Shown here in pieces: positions 36,822-47,727 of a DNA stretch of 64,000 bases (positions are counted from its first letter, which is position 1; the number at the start of each line of letters is the position of its first letter). The DNA is taken from assembly GCF_003704095.1 (NCBI RefSeq), contig NW_020843829.1, forward strand, positions 372,001 to 436,000, given 5' to 3'. The notes under the pieces are model-generated. The model saw only the letters and a program-made list of their open reading frames with translations, made no database searches and was not told the origin of the DNA. Origin of the DNA: Pocillopora damicornis (taxonomy: Eukaryota). A program made the translations under genes and the position numbers.

Positions 36822-39609
36822 CCTTTGTATCTTTAGATAGAATATCACTGAATGTAGCTGTGCTGTAATTTCATTGGAATCTTGATTGATGAACATAGTC
36901 ATTCATCCGTCCATGGGCTTTGGTAGGCAAGCAACATCCCCTGCTGTGCTGCAGGCTACAAAATAGTGCATGTGAGAGGTTCTTGTAGGAAAAAGAAAGA
37001 GGCATGATTGTAAGGAGGTTCAGTTTTATCTTTGGTTTATTCTTCCTTCATTACAAATGCACATATTCACTGATACCAGAGAGAAACTTGAAAAGATGAG
37101 GAGCAGTTTCCAGTTTTCACATCGTATAGTGACAAGGAAAATTATTACTTCCCCTGGATGGGTTTTATGGTTACCACAGGTTAACCACCCCCCTATGCAT
37201 TTTAACATGGTTCCCATTATATTTTTTTATACCTATTCATTATCATTATGGATGAAGTATCTTCCCCAAGAATAAGGGAATGTGGCTTTGGTGGAAAAAT
37301 GAATCCATACTTTTGATCTGGAGTTCAGCAAGGCAACCATTAGGTTATTGTGTCCTAGAGATAAAATTGAACCACAATGGTTACAGATATGGCATGTGGG
37401 GTGCTTTGACAGATGCATACAGTGATTTTATCCTTATTCCCTGTTGTGTTGTACTTGTTAGTTACCCACTCACAGCCAAGTGGGTCAATGGTCGATTCAT
37501 TTTGTGAGCTGCCATTTTAGGTTGCATAAAACAGGTTCTCTTGTTTTCTTTCTTGTGCTGTGTTCAGCTGTAAGAAAAAATAAGCAAGAATTGTTTTCAG
37601 TTTTATGAATAGTAATATTTTTTAAATTTGTTTAATTATATCCAATTTTCTTAGTTTTGGGTTTGATATTTTTTTTGTGGTGGTATTGTGTCAACAAGAA
37701 TGGAGTCTGTTTTGCCTCTAGTAGCTTGATCATAAAAAGGGATTTAGACATTGGTTGCAAGTACTTTGAGTTATATAATCTGTTGTTTGTGAACTGTCAT
37801 GGTAATTTGGTGAAGTTCTTTTAATAATGTTGCTTTAACTTGCTTTGAGAAGAAAGCTTTATTCGATGGTAGAGAGCATCATGGTTTCAATATTTGTTTT
37901 GATGTTTTCATTAGGAAAAGTAAAATTTATTGTTATTTGAGAATTTTTACACTGCTGGTAAGCACCATTTAAAGACAGTGGCCAGAAAATAAATTGTTAA
38001 ATTGCCCAGAAGACATTTTCCAAAAGAAATGATTTTTTCATCAATCAAGAGTTCCTTTTATCAGTCAAGAGTTCCTTTTACAGAATATAGTTGACATGTT
38101 ATTAAAAAAGTATTTACTTGTTGCATGATTAAAAACTTTTTTACCAAGTACTTGCATTTTAAAAAGTAGGGCTTTTTGGTGCAGGAATTATTATTTATTA
38201 TTTACTTCACCCAAGGTGATATCATATATGAGATGTCAGCACCATCAAGGAATCCAGTTCATCCACTTGTTCTGCAGTGGCAAGATTTATTATATGGCAA
38301 GGTAGTCCAGAGGTTAATTCTGATTGGTTCTTAGTAGGTCAGTATTTTTACTATAGGGACTGTTTCCATGGAAATTGTCATTAGCGATGTATTTTTGGTT
38401 ACAAAAGATGGCAAATCAAAGGGCTAATGCTTGAAACATCAGCTTTTTTACTCTTTATGGTGGCCAATTTAATTTTTCAACTCAGTTTAATGGTTTGATT
38501 GCCATGTAATAAACTACCCACTAACCTCACTTCCTTAAGCTGTACTGGGGAATATTAGATCTCAGTATTTTTTTGTACTGACCTTGCTGTGTTTGGTCTG
38601 TACTGCCATGACCTCATGCCAATATTCCCCAGTACCACTCCATGCTCAATTAGCAAGAAGTTACAGTTCTTGATTTTTCAATTATTTCTTTGTTGTTGTT
38701 TCTTTTCTTTTTTCTTTTTTTTTTTTGTTGTTGTTACTGTCACTGTTTTATTTTTGATCTTCCAATTTACTTGATAATACATGTTAGGTATGTCCTATTC
38801 TTTACTGTTCTTTGATATGACTGGAAAAAAACTTATTTTCAATTTTTCTATTAAACATTGTTGTAAATGCTGGTGTGAGCTATATGTGGTTTGTTCATTT
38901 ATCTGCTGGTGAAGCAGCATGCTGTAAGCTAAAAACTGTTGTTTACCTACTTTAATTTATACAAAAATTCAACTCAAACTCCCATGCACTGGGAGAGCTT
39001 GCAAAGTAATAAACAATTTTTTTTAAAGTGGTTCATGAAGTTTGGATGCCTCGTAAGAGACCAGACTGTAAGGTTCTTGATTGGCTGATAAAAATTTGCA
39101 TATTCTATAGTAGGTTTCTTAAATGTGAGTTTGCATTGTATATGAGCTGGTCAAAGAAAATGTTTTAAGTAACCTGCTTTGTTGGATAATTTTCAAGGTA
39201 AAGAAAACAAGACACATTTAGCTTCTGAGCAACCAACTTTTTGTCGCTCATTTTCAAACAGGCTCAATTCCAAGACAAGCTAAAAATCAATGCAGCGTCA
39301 GGTCAGACGTGCTGGAATTTCATCTTTTTTTTTTTTTGTGGCCCTGAATGCTATTTAGATCAGACTTGGCACATCATGCGGTAATAATTGAAATAAGTAA
39401 TTGTTATGTCATCTGCTCTACTTATTTAATCTTGTTATATCAGTATTCCATTATCATGTATGGAAAAACTAGCCAGATGGCCAAATGTTGAGAAATTTTT
39501 TATGCCTTTTTTTTACTTTTTTATCTTTGTGAAGTGTGCTCAGCAGTCAAACAACCTTTTGTATTGCTATGAGCGGGAGCCTGTATTGCGTGCGGTTATT
39601 TTGTTTAAT

Positions 39610-39825
39610 TTAACCCTTTGACTCCCATGAGTGACCAAGAAAGAATTTCTCCTTGCAATATCAATACAATATTGAACAGACAAGAGACGAGAATCGAGAA
39701 AAAATATATTAATTCAGGGGATTATTAGCTGATCCGATACCAAATTCTCCGAACTAAAGTTATACGAATTCTATGGTGGACAGTAAGGCGGATTACTAGT
39801 GAGATCGTAAGAGTGAAAAGGTCAA
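39610..39825. mobile_element. piggyBac-type MITE, subfamily B
   Basis: TTAACCCTTTGACTCCCATGAGTGACCAAG ... GAGTGAAAAGGTCAA. Confidence 0.75.
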
Positions 39826-40319
39826 GTCCTAAAATTATCAAGAAAAGCGTTTTAAAGGTGCTCGAATTGCCACACGATTTTATGTTCTTCGCGGGCTTCA
39901 TCCTTAGACGAGGTATTCAAGGTATAATTCTTCACATGAAAATAGCTGGAGTCGGGTTTTACAGGCGGCACAATCCCTTTTCCCTTCGAGATGGTGATCC
40001 TTGTAGAAAAACCATCGTGTTCAATGTTCAGTACTCCGTCTCAGGGAAGCCATTTATTTACTGTTACAGGATGCCGGTGCAGCCAATCAGGTGGCGCGTT
40101 TGCCTTCCGTCAAATGGAGTGACTGTCGACGGGGCAAGGAGTCAGAAACATCTGAGTAACCTCGTGTGAATGAAAGATTTCAAAGAGGATCTGTTTAAGG
40201 GATTCAACAAAAGTGCAGCTTGGGGAGAGATCCAACTCACGGAGCAGTTGGGAAGCCCAAAGGGCTAATACCTCCCCCCTCCCCTCCTCCCATCCGCCTC
40301 GAGCGGTTACGTTGGACCA

Positions 40320-41850
40320 AGAAGCGCAGGCAATTTTCAATAAAAACAGGGGAGAAGGGAACAGTTAAGGAGCTTCTCCTAGAGGATTTACCCTTAAAAC
40401 GAGTGCGGCGCGAACACGAAGAGCTGTCTCGCGCGCACGTGTTAAATTTTAGCAGCACGACAGCGTCACGTGCGCACGTGCGAGCCTGGGTGAGTTGACC
40501 TTAAGATCATGAGTCATTTTCTTTCATAAGAAGCCATCTACGGTGACTGGCTCGAAGCTATTTTGTTTTGCAAAGGCATAAGTTAAGTGTTCATACTCCT
40601 CATCCCCTATTCCTCTCGAGGAATCAGCTCCAACTGTGGGGAACTGGTTAAGTGTTGGTAAGTGCTAGTAACACGCACAGGATTTATATTACAAAGTCTC
40701 TAAAGCCGATCTTTGATGACACAGATTAATGTTTCGACGCAAATATTAGACGAGACTGTTGGTCACACAATTTTGAAAATTTTACTGATCAGAGGTAGAT
40801 ACATCAACTAGATTATATTGACTCAGAATCAGATGGTTTAAACCTGGACCGAGAATCGTTTGAGTTTTTTAACATTTTAAAACAACGAGTTGAAAGGTTC
40901 ACGCTATAGTGGGCATTTCACAACAACAGATAAAGCCATAGGCGTCATGCTTGTTTGATTCCATTTCATGCAACAATGTTTCGTTATGAGAAACAATGCA
41001 AACGGCTGCTCAATTAAAACCATTGTGATGTCGTAATATACTGAAATTACAGTGCTGGATAACATCAATTAATCGCAGACAATGGTCGACAGTAACCAGG
41101 GGGAGGAGGTAATCGGTGAAGTCCAGAGGACCCATCTCCTACCTCGTCGGAATATACCATACTACAGAGAAGCAGGCAACTGTCGGTAAACACAAGGGAG
41201 AAGGTGGTGNNNNNNNNNNTTTAGGATTAGCTTTTAGACGAGTGAAGCGCGAACGATGAGTGCCGCGCACGTGTAAATTTCGTGCTGTGCAGCAGTGTCA
41301 CGTGAGCATGTGCAAAAAGTGTCGCCTTCTAGATCTTGACCCATCTTCCTTCACAAGACCCTAGACTTTACGGCGACTACATTTAAATTATCAGTTTGTT
41401 TTGTAGACGTATCAGGCTTCCACATTCATTATAACTCCTCCTTCCTCCTCATATGGAATCAGCTAAAAAGTACTGACATTATTTGGGTAAGATCTGGGTG
41501 AAGCTAGGATGTTGAACTTTTTTGGGTGCTGTTAGGGAAGGAAGGATTTATATTTGATTGCACATGGTCATCAGCTGATGCGATCAGTCTATCTTTGCAC
41601 AGTTTGATGATTTTGACGCAGTTCCAGACTGCTCGCTACACACTCGTGGAAACTTCACTTATCGTAGGTAAATTCATGAACACGATTATAAATACTAAGA
41701 ATCAGATGGTCTGTACAGCAACCAGGAATCGTTTACATGTTTTCACACAGCAATATAACAGGTTGAACCATTTACGCGGTTCTAGCATTTAACGAAATCG
41801 GCTGAAATCACGAGGTTCGTGCATGCTTCCATTCGTACCATGCCATGACC
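40320..41850 (+). repeat. Diverged tandem duplication of a ~650-bp non-coding module (approx. 40320-40980 and 41165-41850) carrying E-boxes
   Basis: Colinear shared blocks: GCAGGCAA..GGGAGAAGG, ACGAGTG..GCGCGAAC, CGCGCACGTGT.AAATTT, GTCACGTG, GGAATCAGCT, GGATTTATATT, AGAATCAGATGGT, GAATCGTTT. CACGTG at 40436, 40467, 40475 and at 41268, 41299. Confidence 0.8.
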
Positions 41851-43534
41851 TATCGGTAAATACAATTTAATAGCCACTAATGGCGAAGTCTTTACATGTT
41901 CGCCGTGACAGGTTTAGTCACGAGCCTGGTTGTTTAACAGAAAAAAGACAAAAACTACTTCAAAACAACCACTCTCTTAGCTCGTGGTATTTTATGCAAA
42001 TTCGTATTTATATAAGGTGCTAATTTTAATTCAGGTTAATCACATGGGCTAAAATTAGTAACTCGAGAGTACGAATCACAATTGTATCTCAGTAATCAAT
42101 GAAACCTTCTGGCGGCAATGATATTGGATAACCTGGATTGAAAAACCGGAAGTTATCCCAGTGGCGCTCTTTAAACTTTTGGGTTTTTGTTTTGACTCAG
42201 AATCTTCTAGTCTCGCTATTTTTAGCTTTTTTATTATTTGGACAGGCAAACTTCTCAAAAAGTGGAAGATTTTGTGGGTCTCGACTGTTAAAAAAGGTAT
42301 ACAATTTTACTATACAACCTCTTGAACAGGGGACCTTTCCAAACTGAAAGCCTTGAAAAAGATGCAGGCTTTGGCGATGCATAATGTTGATCGCATTTCA
42401 GTATTCTCCCTGAATATGTTTGTTTAAGATTGAGTGAAGAAATGAAAAGATCTTGTGTCAGACAGGGTCGGGGTTTCAAGGCTTCGGCGGTGTACACTTC
42501 CTAGGACTTTCTTCGAGTGCTTTCCGGCTGGCGATCAAACGTTAGTATGGTAGAGAGGTTGCTCATTTTCCCGCGCAGTGAAGCCAAGCGGAAGCTCAGG
42601 GATGTGAACGCAAATCCTGTAATCGCCATAGCCTCAGAGTTCTCAACTGGCATTCTCCTTTCCAGCTGTTATATATTCCTTTGTAAATTGAGAATTCAGT
42701 TCCATATCAAAATAGCGCCTCCTCTACTTTTTTAGTGGAGAGCGTGTTGATATTGTCGGCACAAGTGTGAAGAGTGAAGAGCTAATTTCGGAGATTAATT
42801 TATGCCACATTTACCTAAAAAAGATCTTTAAAAAATTAATCAACGGTTGTTGTAATCTTGAAAAAAGCTTTTTAGCCTATTTACGCCGATGCTCCATACG
42901 TGTAAATCTAATTAGTTTCCAATGAAGTATTATTCGAGTTGGCTAAACGTAAAAACACGACAAAGTCGTCTCTGTTCAGGGATTGTTGGCTACAGCTAGA
43001 CAAAAGTCCATTGTGAGAAAGACACTGGGTTGGCCGCATTCCAGGCACTGAATGTTTTCCCATTACTGTCTATTTATATTTGATCATTTACATGCTTCAC
43101 TGCATTGTTTGCTTCTATTTCTATTTTGATAAGTATTTTTACTCAGTCGACCTTGAAAACTTGAACTTATGGAAATTTGATTTGAATTCAATGTCGTTCC
43201 AAAGTCTAACTTTATCAAATTAGGTCTGGCGCACTGATTGCACCTAGGCGGCTTTTCATGAACCAGCCCTGACTTGGGTTTCCTCTTTGTTTCTGTTTTA
43301 GACTTCATCTGGCTCCACTTTTTGAAAAAGGCTGACACTATCGAGGATTAGTTCAGCTGAAAACTTTCCTTCACGCTACATTTACGTTATAATGACAAAA
43401 ACAGGAAATTCAAACTGCAGACATTCTACCGAAATTGTTTGACGAAGACGGTCACGCGGTTAGTTACCTAAGCAGATGAACATTTAAACCCAACTCGTTT
43501 CCGCCGATAGATGTCGAGTTAAATCATCACTGAA

Positions 43535-46054
43535 ATGGAATTTTACTCAAATGCAACAACGGCTCATCAAATTAGTAACCTAAACGAGTCTTCTTCCTTA
43601 TATGGAGCGGAAATTCAAGATGAAATGCAAACTTCTGGAGGCAATTTTGGAAATGCAGTACAATCATGTCGATTAGAAGAACCAAGCTACTTGGATAGTG
43701 GCAAAAGTGGCAGAAGATTTCGTGGACCAGAGCCTTACAGAAGCACGGCTACGAACCAAACGTCATGTTCAAGTTCTACTAATAGTAATCCCTGGGAAGT
43801 CACGTTAAACCCGAGGGATATTCAAAATGGGATGCAACCGTATGCAGTGGACTTACTTTTACCAGTAAACAATTTAGTTCAGTCTCTTCCAAATGATTCT
43901 ACGGAAATTAATTCATACAACCCCATAGCTGATCCAAGGGAAACAAATCTTACGGGTATCCCATCTTACGATGTGGACATCACCATACGGTCACCTGTTA
44001 GCCATTCCTTTCATTCTCATCCAACAACCTCGACCAATATGATTCCCGATCGCCATTCAGTCGATCCGAGGGGAACGAATCCCAAGGGTATTCCAACTAA
44101 CGCTATGGACTTCTCTGGGGATAGAAATTCCTGCTATCATTTGGGTAATCCTTGGGAGAAAGATCCAAATGGAATGATGTCTTCTCATACGACTTATGAA
44201 AAAGGGAAAAAGGATCGGAACGGCATTCAATCTGGTGAAACGGAAAGTCCCGAGGTGACACATGCTACCAGGGCTGATCTCAAACGAATAAATTACGATG
44301 TTGAGGAAAGAAATTTTCATCAGGTGACACACAGAGAAAACTCGCAGTTCACTCAGCCGATACTAAGCTATCCACTTAATCAGACATGCAGCCAAGCTGG
44401 TACTTCGTCTCAAAAAACTATTAGGTTGCAAGGAGGGGCGCCATTCTACCACGCTACGTTCCAAGGAGAATTAGCCAGCCAGGTGTTCGAGAAAGGCAGT
44501 GAAGGAGGGAGCAATTTCATTTACCAAACAAGCTCCGATGGAAGGATTCGATCCAAGGATCTTCCCTTTAATTCTCAACAAACGACTGTCAATGAGAGAG
44601 GATTCACCAGGACTTGCCCTCGTTGTCACTGCGTTGTAGCGAGCCAACCACAAACGACGTCTCCTCCAACAACCCCTGGCATACAAAACACACGAACATC
44701 GGTCATCATGCTTCCTCAAAAGAGAGAGGTAGGATTGATTTAAGTATCAACTGTAGACACGCTCATTGGAAAACGTTTTAAATTCAGCATCAGGCGTTGA
44801 CAAGTTTTTATCGTCTTCAATTTGAAGCGTTATCCCGCGATCGAGTTTGACTTTTAATCAGCTAAATTGTGTCATGCTTCTTATGCTGTCAATCAACTGA
44901 ACTGTTGACCAATATTACTCGCAATTCAAGCAATGCGCATTAATTTATGATGGAAGACAAAAATGCATCAAATCAGTCACTTCACAAGGTGCGATCAAAG
45001 CTAAGGGAGGGCAAGATTCAGCCACACTTTCTGCTGTCTCCATAGCAAACAGGTGGGTGCGGGACTGGATGATGAGATGCAGGACGTGGTTCAGTAACAC
45101 CGGTCCTCTTTGAGAATCAGTTTACAGAGTGATAAGATAGTCTTCGGCCACCATATTAAAAATAACGAGCTGCAAGATTTTAATTTTTTTTTTATTTTAA
45201 TTCACAATCAGGTCGAGGAGACAAAGAAAACATCCAACCATTTTGCAGTAGGAAATCAGAAATGGCCATCACCGATAAAAAGGCCTCTGGAAAACGTAAT
45301 ACAAACTGTATTTGTATAATAGTGCATTTTATAATTGCGCTCTTTAACCCTGAATATCACTGGCTTTAGTTTTCAACTCACTAATTAAGTCTATGTTGTG
45401 CTCTTTTTGGCAAAGTTTTCATGTGAAATTCCCATAAGAAGGTCAGCCTTTATTGTGCAGCTACACACAAGTCTTTAAACTTCTTTGACACGATTTTCCC
45501 CTCCCCTCTTGGGTCTGCATTTCATGATCCCTCGTCGACAAGCGAAAACGCAGAAAGATCTTGGTCGTAAGTGCAGTTTGCATAAGGTTTTTTTTCCCAC
45601 AACTATTAGAGTAATGCCAATGTCAAATTATGTTTCTTTCATTTAGGAATCTGATCTTTCTGAAGAAGACAAAGATGATGAGGACTTACAAGAAACGTTC
45701 TTTCGAGTGAACATAGACGGCACGACTGCGAGATTCAAGCTGACAGAGGAAGATTGGGCCAAGATGCCAATTAAGTCATTTCCAAGCGGTGGCCGTCTAC
45801 TGAGCGGAGACTGGACCCGCATTTTCCTTAACAAAGTGAAGGAAAGCAACCCATGGTGCAGTTTGCGTTTCAAGAATAATCACGTGAGATCGGAAAACTC
45901 GCGTAAGATGCACTCGTCCGTGTTTTTCAGGGGAGGGGCTGAGTGCAAGTATCCAGAGTGCAGCGTTAAATTGAGATTCGTGATTAAGAAGGATTACGGG
46001 CGGCGTGTGGATGTGACCTACATCGGTAACGTCTGCCACGCTAGCTATACCTAG
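43535..46054 (+). CDS. Uncharacterised putative transcription regulator with a C-terminal WRKY-GCM1/MULE-like zinc-finger domain
   Basis: 398-codon first exon 43535-44728 (GAG|GTAGGA donor); candidate phase-0 exons 45212-45295 and 45543-45566 (RKRRKILV); last exon 45647-46054 after a TTTCTTTCATTTAG acceptor, encoding an acidic patch and WTRIF...NPWCSLRFK...SRK...FFRGGAECKYPECSVKLRF...VDVTYIGNVCH. Internal exon structure is tentative. Confidence 0.6.
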
Positions 46055-46392
46055 GCATGAGATGTAAGACTAACATCCGAGGAAACACGTTTTCTGTATC
46101 CATGTTCTCATCTTAGACTTAACAAAAATTACTCAATTCGAGTAAAGCACTTATATACTTCAATTTGTGACAAAACTCTTGGCACGCTCTAGTACTTTTT
46201 TTAACTTTTTATATCTCTCATTTATCTCTCCCTCTCTCCCATCTCAATGTTGCCTGGTGCGTGAGAAAACGCCCCGGTATAACCAAGTTATGATTAGTTT
46301 AGAGATCAGCCTTCTTATCAAACGACAAGAAGACGTGAATTTTGTAATTCAAGCACTCAGTGCAAGTGAATGAAAAACGGTACTTCACATGA

Positions 46393-46826
46393 TACAGTCG
46401 AACATGTATTCAGCGTTCACCCGCGAGGAGTGATGGGGCGACCGCTAAATTCAGGTTGAACGCTTAATACAGGTTTCACAGAATTGGGTTGTTTGAAAAA
46501 AAAAAAAGTCTTTTCATTCCATAATTAACCACTTAATGTACAAACACTCGCTCAAACTTACTACTAACATTGAATTTCGGGAGATAAACACGGAATATAT
46601 TGACCTGAGATATTATTCTTAGTTTTATTTGTGTGGTTCCACTCTAAATGACCGTTCAATTCAGGTGGAAAACAATACAAATAAGCCGTTGGGTCTCAGT
46701 TAAGGGTAACCACGACCGCATAATGATAAAGTTAATTAAGTAGAAAAGTTCGGGACTATTACAACCGAACCGATTAATACATGGTGAACGCTTAATACGG
46801 TGCCGCTTAATGCAGGTTCGACCATA
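46393..46826. mobile_element. Tc1/pogo-like MITE
   Basis: TA-CAGTCGAAC left end; GTTCGACCA-TA degenerate right end; subterminal repeats of CGCTTAATAC. Confidence 0.6.
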
Positions 46827-47727
46827 CTCTCAATACTTAAAGTACTGAGGCTTCGAATCTGTACTATTCACTCGCAGTTTACACACCTTACATCAAGCAT
46901 TTACATTTAGATATTGTGAAAAGTCTAACTCATCTTTCTCAATCCCTGTATTTCCAGGAGAGAAAAACCAAAATATCGTCGTTTTTCTGTAATAAATTTC
47001 TCTTTTACAAAATAAATCCTGAAATTCGACTTATCTTGATGAAAATACGAGAAAGAAAAGTCTTTTACCTTGTCAAAGCGCGCATCAGTGGTTTAAAGAT
47101 CTATTACGTACCTTATACGTTTCTGTATTAAGACCCCAGCCCTATATACTCCGTAACCGTCTGTCAACATGCGCAGCTCTTCTCTAGGTTGATCATGATG
47201 TGGCTCGAAACTGACCTGATATACTTTGAACTTCCGAAGTGGCTTATACGACTAGCTCTGCCGCATTTGAAGTTTTCTTTTTAAATAAACCAATTGGAAG
47301 GTTTCCTTGCTAGGATATGGTTTATATTGTAGCAAGGAGCTGTCACGCTTTTATTACGTTGCCATACGTAGCCTCTCGAGAGGTTCTCGTGATGCAGCTT
47401 ACCATCCGAACCATACTGGACAAAAGCGCTTGACTTCCCGACTGAGCAACCAAGGATAGCATTGATTACGTAAGAGCCCGATAATTCTGATGACTTCTCT
47501 TGCGAGGCCTTTCTTGTGATCCTTTCTAAGACCTCTTCTAAATAATTTAAAACAACCTTTTAAACTTCTTCTTTTATTCTAGACTTTATTCTATTTTCTT
47601 CTTTGTTCCCTCTTCAACTTCAAGTCAGTTCTCAAAAGTCTGAAGCACAGAAGCTCCTCCTGGACACAAAGCGGACCTATGCCATGTTTTACTTAAAGAG
47701 GAAGTCTGAGTACAAGTTTAATTCAAG

